Below, piece after piece: positions 43,847 through 61,179 of a stretch of DNA of 64,000 nt. Position 1 is the first letter of the stretch. Each line of letters opens with the position of its first letter. The notes beneath the pieces were generated by a model. It saw only the letters and a list, made by a program, of their open reading frames with translations, made no database searches and was not told the origin of the DNA. The translations under genes were made by a program, and so were the position numbers. This stretch comes from the human T2T-CHM13v2.0 reference genome, Homo sapiens. The stretch lies in the NCBI RefSeq assembly GCF_009914755.1, contig NC_060931.1; one strand, given 5' to 3'.

Positions 43847-44517
43847 ACAATTGGTCCTCATTATTCACAGATTCTGAATTTGTGAATTCACCTACGCACT
43901 AAAGTGTACTTGTAACCTCAAAGACCATAGGTCCTTTCAAAGTCATTATCAGATGTATGCATGTGCAAAACATCAAAAACTTTGAATTTCCTGATGTGCA
44001 CATTCCCAGCTGATGTGGAAACGGGTGACACTTTGCTTTTTTGTTTCCGATCTCAAACTGTAAACGAGTATCCTTTAGTGCCACATTTTTTTTCACATTT
44101 TTTGCATTTTGTTAATGATTTCTCTGTTTAAAATGGCTCCCAAGCATGGTGCTGAAGTGCTGTTTAATGTTCCTAAGCACGAGAAGGCTGGGATGTGCCT
44201 TATGCAGAAAATGTATGTTAGATACGCTTTATTCAGGAATGATTTATAGTGATGTTGGCCATGAGTTCACTGGTAATAAATTAACAATAAATATTAAATA
44301 TGATGTCTTTAAACAGAAACACACATAAAACAAGGTTATGTATTAATCAGTTGATAAGAAATGTTGTTCCCAGATGCTCGCAAAAGCTTATCTCTGTATT
44401 TTTCCAAGGAAAATAACACTAAATTTCCTCTAGGAGCAATGACTCAGTATTTGCTAATTCTGTGTTCATGGTCACTTTATAAAGCACAACTACTGCAAAT
44501 ATCAAGAACTGAACTGT
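43847..44517. mobile_element. MER82-like Tigger DNA transposon
   Basis: TA-flanked termini CAATTGGTCCTCATTATTCACAGATTC...GCAAATATCAAGAACTGAACTG, about 670 bp, with internal GCACATTCCCAGCTGATGTGGAA. Confidence 0.75.
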
Positions 44518-44669
44518 ATACACATAGAAGTCTCCTTCAAATTCAAGGATTTTATGAAGTCATGAGGCCTATTCAAGTATGTTAGATAAAAGCCCTTGAT
44601 GAAAAATGAATATACTAAATATATTAAGAGCTATCTTACATAAGTAATGGTTTCTCTCAATGAGCTTTT

Positions 44670-44795
44670 TATAATGGTTATGGGCTCTAAAGTCAAACTG
44701 CCAGGGTTCAAACCTTGCCTCTATGACTTTCTAGCGGGCGACCCTGGGCAGGTTTCTTAACCCAAACTTCCTCATCTGCAAAATAGGGAAATTAA
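44670..44795 (+). mobile_element. MIR
   Basis: GGGCTCTAAAGTCAAACTGCCAGGGTTCAAACC...ACCCTGGGCAGGTTTCTTAACC...TTCCTCATCTGCAAAATAGGG. Confidence 0.8.
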
Positions 44796-45911
44796 GGAAA
44801 GGGATTAGAACATCAAAGAGTACATATGACATTACTAATATTTTTGATTGATTGATTATTAACCAGATACATACAAGAATAATTAGAATTTCTGTTACTT
44901 ATCAGGGAGGGGGTTAGAGAACAGTGGGCAGCAGATACAAGACAAACAAATACTATTTTTAGACCTCAATGAGTATAAGGTTTCTCAATTAAACTGTCTA
45001 CTATTCAGCTCCTCATGGTTCTGTTCACAAATGAGTTTGGTGAGAACTAATAACTGAAAGACTAGCCCACAGGGAAGTCAACTTTTTATTCCCAAACTTT
45101 GGGCTAAAAATAATAAGACAAAATAGTTGGGCTTTAAAATGAAGGGAAAGAGATTAGCAATTAATGAGATTAAAATATTAAAATGAAAGTTAAAAGACTA
45201 AGATAAAAGGCATAAGTAAAGGCAAGAAGCTTAGAGATTATAAGAGGAAAAAAGAAAAGCAAAAGGAAAATGCACTAAAAGCAAATAAGGGATGTGCCCA
45301 AAACAAAGCTCAAGGTATGTCCAGTTTCCACAAGGGTTGGGTCCCTTGTAACAGTGGGGCCAACTACAACTCTGATAAACAATTCTTTAGGGATCTACTG
45401 TAACAAAGCTTAGGACCACTCAGTTCAAACAACTGGAGGGATTTAGGACAAGCAGCAATTTGTCTAAGCTAAGTAGAACATACTGATAAAATAAATATGA
45501 TAGTAAAATAATTCTGACGTACTAAAAAACTTCAAGTTTAAGGACCTCTAGCTTTGTTTTTTAACATTGTCTTGGTTATTTTTGGCCCCTTATTCTTTAA
45601 AATAAAGTGCAAAAAATTAATTCATCAATTTCCACTGAGAGTGTTTGGAATTTAATCTATTGATTGAATTTGATCTATAGATCAGCTTGATGGTAATTGG
45701 TATCTTTACAGAAGTCTTTAAATACGTGAACATAGTATATGTCTCCATTTATTTAGGACTTTAAATTTCCTCCATCATGTTTTGCAGTTTTCGTTATAGA
45801 GATCTTACAACTCTTTTTTGTTAGATTTGTTTTTAGGTATTTGATGTTTATGCATACTCTTATAAATAGTATTGCTTTAAAATTTCGTTTTATGTTTGTT
45901 TATGGCTGGTA

Positions 45912-47233
<1,322 letters not shown>

Positions 47234-47329
47234 TATAGAGAATAAAACAGTTGACAATAAATAGTAATTGTCATGTTTCCAGTTTCGGGGAAAACTTTCA
47301 ATATTTCAGCATTAAGTACATTACATATA

Positions 47330-48258
47330 TTGAAATTAGGTATGTTTGTACATCAAAAGACACCCTTAAAGAGGGAAAGAGCAGTCACACAATGGAAGAT
47401 ATTTTAAATAAATAGCTATAGCAAAGGACTTGTATTCAAAATATATAAAGAACTCCTTTAAGTTCATAAAAGTCAGACAACTTAATTTAAAATAGGCAAA
47501 TATTTGAGCAAATACTTTACAAAAGAGAGTATCTAAGAAGCCAAAAAACATGTGAGAAGATGAGTACATTTATAAGTCATCAAGGAAATAGAAATTAAAA
47601 CCACAATGTAATACCACTACATACAAACTAGAAAGGCTAAAATGAAAATTACTGACAACATCACATATTGTTGAGTATGTGGAGTAGGTAGAAATCTCAC
47701 GCACAGCTGATGGGAGTATAAATGGTAAAACTACTTTAGAAAACTATTTGACAGCATCTATTAAAACTCAACACACACGTATTCTCTGTCCCAACAATAA
47801 TATACTCAACAGAAATACTTAACTATTATTATTAAAATACATGCACAAGAGTGTTCATCAAAAACTGAAAAATGGCTCAAATGTCTATCAAGAGTGGAAA
47901 TGAATGAATAAATATATAACTATTATATATTATAATACACTATAAAACAATGAGAAGAAGAAGTTATTGCTAGAGGAATAGCTTTGAACTTGGTGAAATA
48001 CACACTGTAGGCTTCTATTTACATGCAATTCCAAAAAATAGACAAAAGTAATCGATGCCATTAGAAGTCAAGGTGGAGAACGGTACTAGGAAAAGGCACA
48101 AGGAGGCTTCTGGAGTGCCAGTAATATTAAATATTGTGATCTGGAAACTGGTTACATAAGTGTGTTTCAAAGTTCATTGAGCTGTACATTTGTAGTTTAT
48201 GCACTTTCCTGCATGTATGTTATACTTCAATAAAACAACAACAAAAACAAGTTAAAAA
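47330..48258 (+). mobile_element. Old L1 (L1ME/MC) 3' end
   Basis: AAAGGACTTGTATTCAAAATATATAAAGAACTCC...TATGCACTTTCCTGCATGTATGTTATACTTCAATAAAA followed by an A-rich tail. Confidence 0.8.
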
Positions 48259-48304
48259 CCTTAGAGGCTGAGTAAAGCTATTTGATTAAAAATGACTAAA
48301 AGCT

Positions 48305-50802
<2,498 letters not shown>

Positions 50803-51134
50803 CTGCTAAACGGAGCAGGAACAGCAAAACATCTGTATGTTTTTTTTTAATTTTAAAAACTGACTTGGTGAAATCTAGTCAACTTCACTATTTATATCAT
50901 ACTGATATAGCAGAATGTTTTCAGTATGCTTGAAGGTAATGTAAAAACAAAATATAAAACCAAGATCCCTATCTCAAGATTTCCTTGAGAAAGGAAATAG
51001 TGACTGAATTATAGATGAAAATGAAGCAACAATTGTGGAAAAATAAAGACAACAGAGGTCAGACCCATTTATCCTGTTGAGCAAGATCTGTGCCTATTTC
51101 TAATAAAAACACATGAAAAATTAAAAAAAAAAAA
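50803..51134 (+). other. L1 3'-transduced unique sequence (~320 bp) with its own poly(A) signal and tail
   Basis: It lies between the L1 poly(A) and a second A-tail (51123-51134). AATAAA is at 51102-51107. The TSD core GACTAAAAGCT follows at 51135-51145, matching 48294-48304. Confidence 0.85.
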
Positions 51135-52584
51135 GACTAAAAGCTACCATAAATGTCAAGTGTGCCTCACAGAAAAAGTAATGTGTATCTGAAAGTGTCT
51201 AAAATTTATGGGCTGAAAAGGTTAGATCTTTATCAGATTCCAGTGGAACGACTTTGAAAGACGCCCTCTGCTGTTTACACCCCAGGATGGACAGCATGTA
51301 CTATATGCCCGTGGGGAGAAGCCACTAGCAGGAGACAGGATAATCTATATTCTCAAGCTATTAGTCATCTCCAGAATCCATATTAATCCCCTCCCCCAGA
51401 ACACTTCAGCAGGACAGTTCCAGGTTGAGTTCCGCAATTTCAATTGCTACATGCATACTTTTCATAATGTATAGTCAATTGTTGGGGCCTACTTAGGAAG
51501 TAAATCTCTTTTTCAGCCACCAACATGTGGCCAGATGAAATCATCATTGGCTGGTGAACTTGATTGCTTTATTATTTGTATTTCTTTTCAAATGAGGAAG
51601 ATAAAGCCTCCCCAGAGAAAAGATATCCAGATTTCTGAGTTCAGTGTCAATGTGATTACAGGATTTTCACTATCTTTCTCAGACTGATAGTGCAGTGACC
51701 AACATGATATGAAAATAAAGGCAAACATGTAGCAATTCTAAAAACTAAGAAAGCTCCATGAAGCTATCAGAAACACCCAGGAATTTCTAACAGAAAATGA
51801 CAGACAGGCTCAAACTAGAGGCCATAGTTGAAAGGTTAACTCACCACCATAGTATGAGAAATACGCAGCTTTCCATTATAGCAACAGTGACACAGCAGAA
51901 CATTTTTTAAAATCTCATTAAATCAGCAACAATATATATAAAATGAAGAGCAAAATTTTGCAATAAGAGTGGAGAACCCAGGAGTTATGTGATTATTACA
52001 AACATGATAATTCTCTTGAAATAACTTAGAGAAGAAAGCAACTCAAAACAGACCCATTGGGATTCTTTTATTTTTGTAATTTGATATAATTAAGTATTAA
52101 TTGGAAAAATAGTTGAGAATTTTCTTCTCTCTAAATTAAAGCAATATTATGTTCAGTGACATGCTCAGATCTTAATTTTATGATCAATGATATTTGACGT
52201 AATAATCAAGATTTTTTGAAAACATTTTCCTCACTCCCAGAGAGTCATTTCAAGCCTCCTTTTAGTCAATATTTCTACCCTCCACCTTCTGCATCTCTCT
52301 ATTCCCCACAACAGCCAAAAATTATGCTGAATTTTTTTCACTACAAATTACTTGTGTTCATTTTTGAACTTTTGATAATCATATTTAATATTTTGTATTG
52401 AGCTTCTTTTATTTGAAATAGTTTTATTTTTTACATTTTCTGTGTTGTTACATGTATCTGTAGTTTAGTTTTTTAAACTGCTCTGCATATTATATTGTAT
52501 AATATACAGTTCCATTTTCACTTATTCTCCTGATGTTTATTAATTGTTTTGTTGATGGTTAATTGGATTGTTTCCAGTTTTCAA

Positions 52585-52902
52585 GGATGTTTGTATAGTA
52601 AACAGTCTTGGAAAATAGAGATAGGATAGTGTATCTCTGGAACAAAGCTTACTCTCCATTATAAATAACGTTGATTCCTTAAGCTCAGGGTTTCTTTGCT
52701 GTAATACACCAAACTGTCTGTGCAGGCTTTCATATGAGCCCATCAGCATCATTCTGAGCAGCTTGGGGACAAAGGAAATTGACAAAAATTTGTTGACTAT
52801 GGAGGAGTCTTCTGCTTTCTGCCAAAATACAATGAAATGTGGCCAGTTAACTTGTTAGCAAGAAAATAGGATAAATTACCAGACATTTTGCAATTCTTGA
52901 CA
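52585..52902 (+). mobile_element. ERV1 MER4-group LTR fragment (MER67/MER89-like) among L1M debris
   Basis: 3' end GGCCAGTTAACTTGTTAGC...CAATTCTTGACA, with internal CCTTAAGCTCAGGGTTTC. Confidence 0.5.
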
Positions 52903-52904
52903 GT

Positions 52905-54345
52905 GCCTATGATTGGAGGGATATTGGTGTGTAATTTTCTTTTTGATAATGCCCTTCCAGGTTTTGATAAGAGGGTTATATTCAGTTCGTAAAACAAGTT
53001 AGGAATTTTACCCTCCTTTTCAATTTTCTGAAAGTATTTAGGTAAAATTAAAATGAGCTCTTCTTTAAAAGTTTGATGAAACTCATTTGAGAAAACAACT
53101 GGGTCTAGAGTTCTTTTCATGAAAAGATTTAACATTTCAAATTCTACTCTTGTAATAGATAAAGATATAGGTTTTTAAACTTTTTCTTGTGTCACTTTTG
53201 GTCATTTGTGTTTTCCTGATAAATTTGTTCATTTTATCAAATGTGTCAAATTTATTACCAAAGTCTTTTTAATATTTCCAAATTATTCTTTTATATTCAT
53301 AGCATTTGTGAATGAGATGTTGGTGAGTGCTTTACTCTCTTTATTGTTTTGATAACTTACATTTAATTTTTATTTTTTGATTGGTCTTGCTAGGAGTTTG
53401 TCAATTTTATTAGACAAACTAGTTCTATTTGTTATTCAAAAGTTATTCAAAGAACTAACTTTGGCTTAATTTTTTCATTTTTTTTCTATTGTATTGATTC
53501 ATACTCTTATCTTTATCATTTCTTCCCATTATTTTGGGCTGAATTTTCTCTTCTTTTAAATCTTCATATATCACTGAGTATGTCTTTTTCCCTTTTTAAT
53601 TTAGGTATCTAAGGTTATGAATTTCCAACTCTAGCATGCCAGTACTTCACTTTTTGTTTTGATATGTCTTACTTTATTATTATTTGATTCCATGTTCTTC
53701 ATTTCTTTTCATATGACCCGAGGAACATATTTTAACATTTCTTATAGTACATTCTTCCGGTGATTAATTTTCACAGCTTTTTAAACATAAATATATCACT
53801 ACTTCATTCTCATTTTTAAAGGATGTTTTTACTGTACAAATTGTCCGGCTGCCATTGTACCTGATAAGAAGTCAGCATCTATCCTTATTTTTGTTCCCTG
53901 TATGTAGTGGGTCTTTTTTATCTCTGGCTGCTTTTTAATTTTTTTAATCTCTAGTTTTCAGCAATTTGACTAGGTTATATCTAGACATGATTTTATTTGT
54001 ATTTATTCTACTTGGGGTTTGCTGAACATCTTGGGTGTTTGTCACCAAATATTGGAAATTTCCAGCTATAATATTTTTTAAATTTTGCTATTTTACTTTC
54101 TCTTCTTTCTCTTCATCTGTGACTTGAATCGCATTTTTTAGTCTGATTGATATCATCATATTTTTTACTAAGGCTCTGTTTTTTTTCCCAATCTTCTTTC
54201 CTTCTCTCTGTTCTTCAGTTTGGATATTTTATATTTACTTGTCTTAAATTTCATTGATCCTTTCTTCTTTCATGTAAAAACTCCTGTTAAAATAACCCAG
54301 TGAGTTTTCAGATATTGGCCTATTTTCTCTTGAATTTTTCATAGT
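52905..54345 (-). mobile_element. Old L1M (ORF2/ORF1 remnants); resumes after 61975
   Basis: The minus-strand peptide FSNEFHQTFKEELILILPKYFQKIEKEGKIPNLFYE is L1 ORF2-like. Confidence 0.7.
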
Positions 54346-54359
54346 TAGTCTATTTATTT

Positions 54360-54668
54360 ATTTATTTTAGTATTATTATTATTTTTTGAGACAGAGTCTT
54401 GCTCTGTCGCCCAGGCTAGAGTGCAGTGGCCCAATCTCGGCTCACTGCAAGCTCTGCCTCCCGGGTTCACGCCATTCTCCTGCCTCAGCCTCCTGAGTAG
54501 CTGGGACTACAGGCACCCGCCACCAGGCCTGGCTAATTGTTTGTATTTTTTAGTAGAGACGGGGTTCCACTGTGCTAGCCAGGATGGTCTAGATCTCCTG
54601 ACCTCATGATCCACCCGCCTTGGCTTCCAAAGTGCTGGGATTACAGGCGTGAGCCATCAGGCCCGGCC
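54360..54668 (-). mobile_element. AluY inserted at the tail of the L1MA
   Basis: AluY diagnostics CTGCAAGCTC, GGGTTCACGCCATTCTCC and TAGCCAGGATGGTCT; flanking TATTTATTTA repeats. Confidence 0.93.
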
Positions 54669-55473
54669 TTTTTTATTTATTTACTATAAATTTAAGTGGG
54701 TACAAGTGTAGTTTTGTTACATGGATATATTGTGTAGTGGTGAAGGCTGGGCTTTTAGTATAATAATCACCCAAATAGTGTGCATTAACCCATCAAGTAA
54801 TTTATCATCCTTCACTCCTCTACCATCCTCTCACTTTTCCAAGTCTCCAATGACTATTATTCCACTATCCATGTCCATGTGTACACATTATTTACCTTCC
54901 ACTTATAAGTGACAACACGTGGCAGTTGACTTTCTGATTCTGAGTTGTTTCACTTAAGATAATGGCTTCCAGTTCTATCTACATTGCTGCAAAACACGTG
55001 ATTTTATTATTTTTTATGGCTAAACAGTATTCAGTTTTTCCTACATTTTCTTTATTGAGTTATACATTGATGGACACTTAGGTTGATTCTATATCTTTGC
55101 TATTGTGACTAGTGCTGCTATAAGCCTACAAGTGCTGGTGTCTTTTTGGCATAATAATTTCTTTTCCTTTGGGTAGATATCCAGTAGTGGAATTGCTGGA
55201 TTGATTGGTAGCTCTATTTTTAGTTCTTTGAAAAATATCCATATTGTTTTCCATAGAGGTTGTACTAATTTACATTTCTGCCAAATGTGTATAAGTGTTC
55301 CCTTTTCTCCATGTCCTCTCCAACATCTATTATTTTTTGTCTGTTTAATAATAGCCATCTGACTTGTATATCTCATTGATGATTAGCGATGTTGAACATT
55401 TTTTCACATGCTTATTGGCCATCTATGTGTCTTCTTTTGAAAAGTGTTGATTTATGTCCTTTACATACTTTTT

Positions 55474-55989
55474 TTTATTTCCATGAGTTTTTGGGGAACA
55501 GGTGGCATTTGTCTACATGAGTAAGTTATTTAGTGGTGATTTGTGAGATTTTGCTGCACCCATCACCAGAGCAGTATATGTTGAACCCAATATGTAGTTT
55601 TTTATCCCTAAATCCCCTCCCACCCTTTCCCCTGAGTCACCAAAGTCCATTGTATCATTCTTTTGCCTTTGCATCCTCATAGCTTAGCTACCACTGCCAT
55701 CCACAAATTCAATGCAATTCCCATCAAAATACCACCATCAGTTTTCACAGAACTGGAAAAGACAATCCTAAAATTTATATGGAACCAAAAAAGAGCCCAC
55801 ATAGCCAAAGGAAGACTAAGCAAAAATAACAAATCTAGAGGCATCACATTACCTGATTTCAAAGTATACTATTAAAGCCATAGTCACCAAAACAGCATGG
55901 TATTGGTATAAAAATAGGCACTTAGAGCAACGGAACAGAGTAGATTATCCAAAAATAAACCCAAATACTTAACAGCCAACTGATCTTTT
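55474..55989 (-). mobile_element. L1PB-like insertion with 5' inversion (3'UTR end on -, ORF2 piece on +)
   Basis: 55474-55690 is an antisense L1PB 3' end (TTTTGGGGAACAGGTGG...AGTAAGTTATTTAGTGGTGATTTGTGAG). 55693-55989 is sense ORF2 ([21 protein letters not shown]). TSD CATACTTTTT / CACACTTTTT. Confidence 0.85.
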
Positions 55990-56675
55990 CACACTTTTTA
56001 ATAGGGTTATTTGCTTATTTACTGTTGTTGCTGAGGTTTTTGAGTTCCTTGTAAATTCTAGATATAAGTCCCCTGTTGATTCATAGTTTGCAAATATTTT
56101 CTTCCATTTTGCAGGTTATCTGTTTACTCTGTTGATTATTTATTTTGCTGTAGAAGCTTTTAAGTCCCATTTGTCTATTTCTGTTTTTCTTGCTTGTGTT
56201 TTTAGATCTCACCTAGACCAATGTACAGAAGAGTGTTCCCTAGGTTTTCTTCTAGAATTTTTATAATTTCAGGGCTTACATTTAAGTCTTTCATCCATCT
56301 TGAATTGATTTTTGTATATGTTGACAGAGAGGGGTCCAGTTTCATTCTTCTGCCGATAGCAATCTAATTTTCCCAGGACCCCTTATTGAAAAGGATGTAC
56401 TTTCCCCAGTGTATGTTTTTGTTGACTCTCAGTTGGCTGTAGGTATGTGTGACTTTATTTCTGGGTTCTCTATTCTATTCCACTAATCTATGTATCTATT
56501 TTTATGCCAGTACCAAGCTATTTTGATTACTATCTCCTTGTAGTATAATTTGATTTCAGACAAGGTAATACCTCCAGTTTTATTCTTTCTGGTTAAAATT
56601 CCTTTAGCTATTTGGGCTCTTTTTATTTGGTTTTATATAGATTTTTTTTTCTAATTATCAGGAAAATGATGTTGA

Positions 56676-57278
<603 letters not shown>

Positions 57279-57993
57279 TTACTGAATTCATGTATCAAAT
57301 CTAAGGTTGTTTGAGGAGTCTTTAGGGTTTCCTGGGCTTAAGATCATATAATCAGTAAACAGAGATCATTTGATTTCTTCTTTTCCTATTTGAATGTCTT
57401 TTATTTATTTCTCTTGCCTCATTGCTCTGGCTAAGGCTTCCAGTACTATGTTGAATATATATGTAGTGAAAGTGGACATTCTTGTCTTGTTTCAGTTCTT
57501 AGGAGAATTGCTTTCAACTTTTCCCCATTAAGCATGATGTTGGCAGTGGGTTTGTCATATATGGCTCTTATTATTTTGATGTATGTTCCTTCTATGACTA
57601 GTTTTTTGAAGGTTTTTGTTACACAGGGATGCTGAATTTTATTGAATGCTCTTTCTGCATCTATTGAATGATCATAAAGTTTTTGTTTTTAATCCTGCTT
57701 GTGTGATGAAGCACATTTATTGATTGAACCATCCTTGCATCCCTAGAATAAAACCTGCTTGGTCCTGAAGAATTATCTTTTTGATGTGCTGTTGGATTTG
57801 GTTTGCTAGTATTTTGTTAAGGATTTTTGCATCTGTGATCATCCAGGGATATTGGTCTGTAGTTTTCTTTTTTCATCATGTCCTCATCTGACTTTGGTAT
57901 CAGGATGATACTGTCTTCATAGAATGAGTTAGGGAGGATTCCCTCCTCCTCGATTTTTTGGAACAGTTCCAGTTAGTATTGATACCAGTTCTT

Positions 57994-58295
57994 TTTTTTT
58001 TTTTTTCTTTTTTTGAGATGGAGTCTTGCTCTGTCACCCAGGCTGGAGTGCAGTAGCCTAATCTCAGCTCACTACAACCTCCACCTCCTGGGTTCAAGTG
58101 ATCCTCCTGTCTCAGCATCTAAGTAGCTGGCATTACAGGTGCACGCCACCACACCTGGCTAACTTTTTGTATTTTAGTAGAGATGGGGTTTCACCATGTT
58201 GCCCAGGCTAGTTCTGAACTCCTGAGCCCAGGCAATCCACCTGCCTCAGCCTCCCAAAGTGCTAGGATTACAGGCGTGAGCCACCGAGCCCAGCC
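57994..58295 (-). mobile_element. Alu (J or early S)
   Basis: Full Alu with degenerate TSD TGATACCAGTTCTT / TGGTACGAGTTCTT. Confidence 0.93.
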
Positions 58296-61070
58296 TGGTA
58301 CGAGTTCTTCTTTGTATGTTTGGTAGAATGCAGCTGTGAATCCATCTGGTCCTGATCTTTTTTCTAGGGGGAGATATTTTATTACTGACTCAATCTCACT
58401 ACTCATTATTGGTCTGTTCAAAATTTCTGTTTCTTCCTGGTTCAATCTTGAAAGGTTTTGTGTCCAGGAATTTATCCATTTTCTCTAGATTTTCTAGTTT
58501 ATGAGCACAGAGATGTTTATAGTAGCCTCTGATCTTTTGTATTTCTGTGGTATCCTTTGTAATATTTCCATTTAAATTTCTAATTATATTTATTTGGATC
58601 TTCTCTCTTGTTGATTAATTGAGCTGGCAGTTTTTCAATTTTGTTTATCTTTTCAAAGATAAATAAACCAACTTTTCATTTCATTGGTCCTTTGTTTCAC
58701 TGTGGTCTCAATTTCATTTAGCTCTGTTCTGATCTTTGTTATTGTTGTTCTTCTGCTAGTTTTGTGTTTGTTTTGGTTTTCTTTTCCTAGTTCTTTGAGG
58801 TGTGACAGTATGTTCACTTTTTCGATGAAGGTATTTAACACTATAAACTTCCCCATTAGCACTGGTTTTGCTGTATCCCAGAAGTTTTGGTATGTTGTAT
58901 CTGCATTTTTATTCATTCCAAATATTTTAAAATACCCACCTTAATTTCATTATTGACCCAAAGATTGTTCAGGAGCATGCTGTTTAATTTCCAAGTATTT
59001 TTATAATTTCAAGAACTCCTCTTGGTATTGATTTCTAGTTTTATTTCACTGTGGTCTGAGAAGATACTTGATATGATTTCAATATTTTAAAATTTATAGA
59101 AGCTAATTTTGTGGCTGTGTATCTTGGAGAATGTTCCATGTGCTGACGAGAAAAAATGTATATTCTGAACTTGTTGGATAGAATGATCGTGAATGTCTGT
59201 TAGGCCCATTTGGTCTAAACTCCAATTTAAGTCCAGTGTTTCTTTGTTGATGTTCTATCTCAATAACCTGTCTACTGCTGTCATAGAAGTGTCAAAGTCC
59301 CCCACTATTATTATGTTGGTACCTATGTGTTTCTTTAAGTCTAGCTATACTTGTTTCATGAATTTGGGTGCTCTAGTGCTGGTTACATATATATTTAGAA
59401 TACTTATATCCTTGTTAAATTTGCTCCATTTATCATTACATAATAACATTATTTGTGGGTTTTTTTACTCTTTTATTAATTAAAGTCTGTTTTTTTCTTA
59501 TATAAATATGGCTACTCCTGCTTGCTCTCAGTTTCTGTTGTTTGTAGTATCTTTTTCCATGCCTTTGCTTCAATCCATAAGTGTTTTACCAGTAAAGTTT
59601 TTTTTTGTAAGCAGCATATAGTTGGTTTTTCTTTTATCCATTCTGCAAATCTATAGCTTTTAAGTAGAGCATTGAATCCATATATGTTCAAGGTTAGTAT
59701 GCATACATGAGATTTTGTTCCTATCGTAATGTTAATTGTTATCTAGTTGTTTTTGTGGGTTGTTTCTTATTTTTCCTTTCTGTCTGTCTTTGTGATTTAA
59801 TGGAGCTTGGCTGTGTTTCCATTTGATTCTTTCTCTTCCTTCTTTCTATAATTATTTTATAAGACCTGTGAGTTTTATACTTTTGTGTTTTTATGATGGT
59901 AAGTATTGACATTTCATTTTCATGTTTAAAACTCCTTTGAGCATTTCTCATAGGACAGGTCTAAAAGTGAAAAATTCCCTCAGCATTTGTTTTTCTGAGA
60001 AAGATATTGTTTCTCCTTCATTTATAAAGCTTATTTTGGCAGGATATACAATTCATGATTGACACTTCTTTCTTTAAGAAGCCTGACAATAGGCTCCAAA
60101 TCTCTCCTGAATGTTAGGGTTTCTGCTAAGAAGTCTACTCTTAATCTGATGGGGTTTCTGTTATAGATGACTAGACACTTTTGCTGATTTTAGGATTTTT
60201 TTTCTTTGACATTGACTTTAGACCATCTAATGACTATATGTTGTGGTTAAGTACATTTTACAATGTATTTTCCTGGTGTTTGCTGGGCCTCTTGTACTCG
60301 ATGTCTAAATCTCTTGCAAGACTCGGGAAGTTTTCATCAATTAATTCCTCAAATAGGTTTTCCAAACTTTTTGTTTTTTCTTCTCCTTTGGTAATACAAA
60401 TGATTCATAAGTTTGAGTGCTTTGTGTAGTCCCATACTTCCTGAAGATTTTATTAATTCTTTTTTATTCTTTTTTCTTTATTTTTGTCTGACCAAATTAA
60501 TTCAAAAGACGTGTATTCAAGTTTTGAGATTCTCTCTTCATCTTGGTATAGTCTATTGTTAACATTTTCATTTGACCTGACAATTTTTCACACTTCCAGA
60601 ATTGTTATGCTGATTCATTTGGATAAAACTTTTTCCCTTACAAATTTTGTAATTTCTTCAATGAATTTTTCATTTCCAAAAGTTTTTCTTTGGCTTTTTA
60701 AAAAGATATCTATGCCCTTGGTAAATTTCTCATTAATATCCTGAAATGATTTTCTGATTTCTTTGAATTGGTTTACAAATTTTTCTTGGATCTCATTGAG
60801 CATCTTTAAAATCAATATTTTAAATTATTTTCCTGGCATTTCAAAAATTTTGTTTCGGTTAGGATTCATTGCTAGAAATTCGATGAGGTCTTTTGGGGTG
60901 TCATAACACTCTACTTTTTTACAATTCTAGGATTGTTATGATGATATATTCTCATCTGGAGGAACTGTCGCTTCTTATTTTTGAATTTACTTTCATTTGG
61001 ATGGAACTTTTATTTTCCTTGAGGATATGACTATAATGTATATTGAGTAGGGCCAATATTCTTGCATGGG

Positions 61071-61179
61071 AGTTCCTCGCATGGGAAGGGAATGGTGGGC
61101 CAAGCTCCTAATCCAGGTGAGCAAGTTCCTTGCACGGGAAGGGAATGGTGGGCCAAGCTCCTAATCCAGGTGAGCAAGT
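61071..61179. repeat. 53-bp tandem duplication (2 copies)
   Basis: AGTTCCTYGCAYGGGAAGGGAATGGTGGGCCAAGCTCCTAATCCAGGTGAGCA at 61071-61123 and 61124-61176, with two mismatches. Confidence 0.95.
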
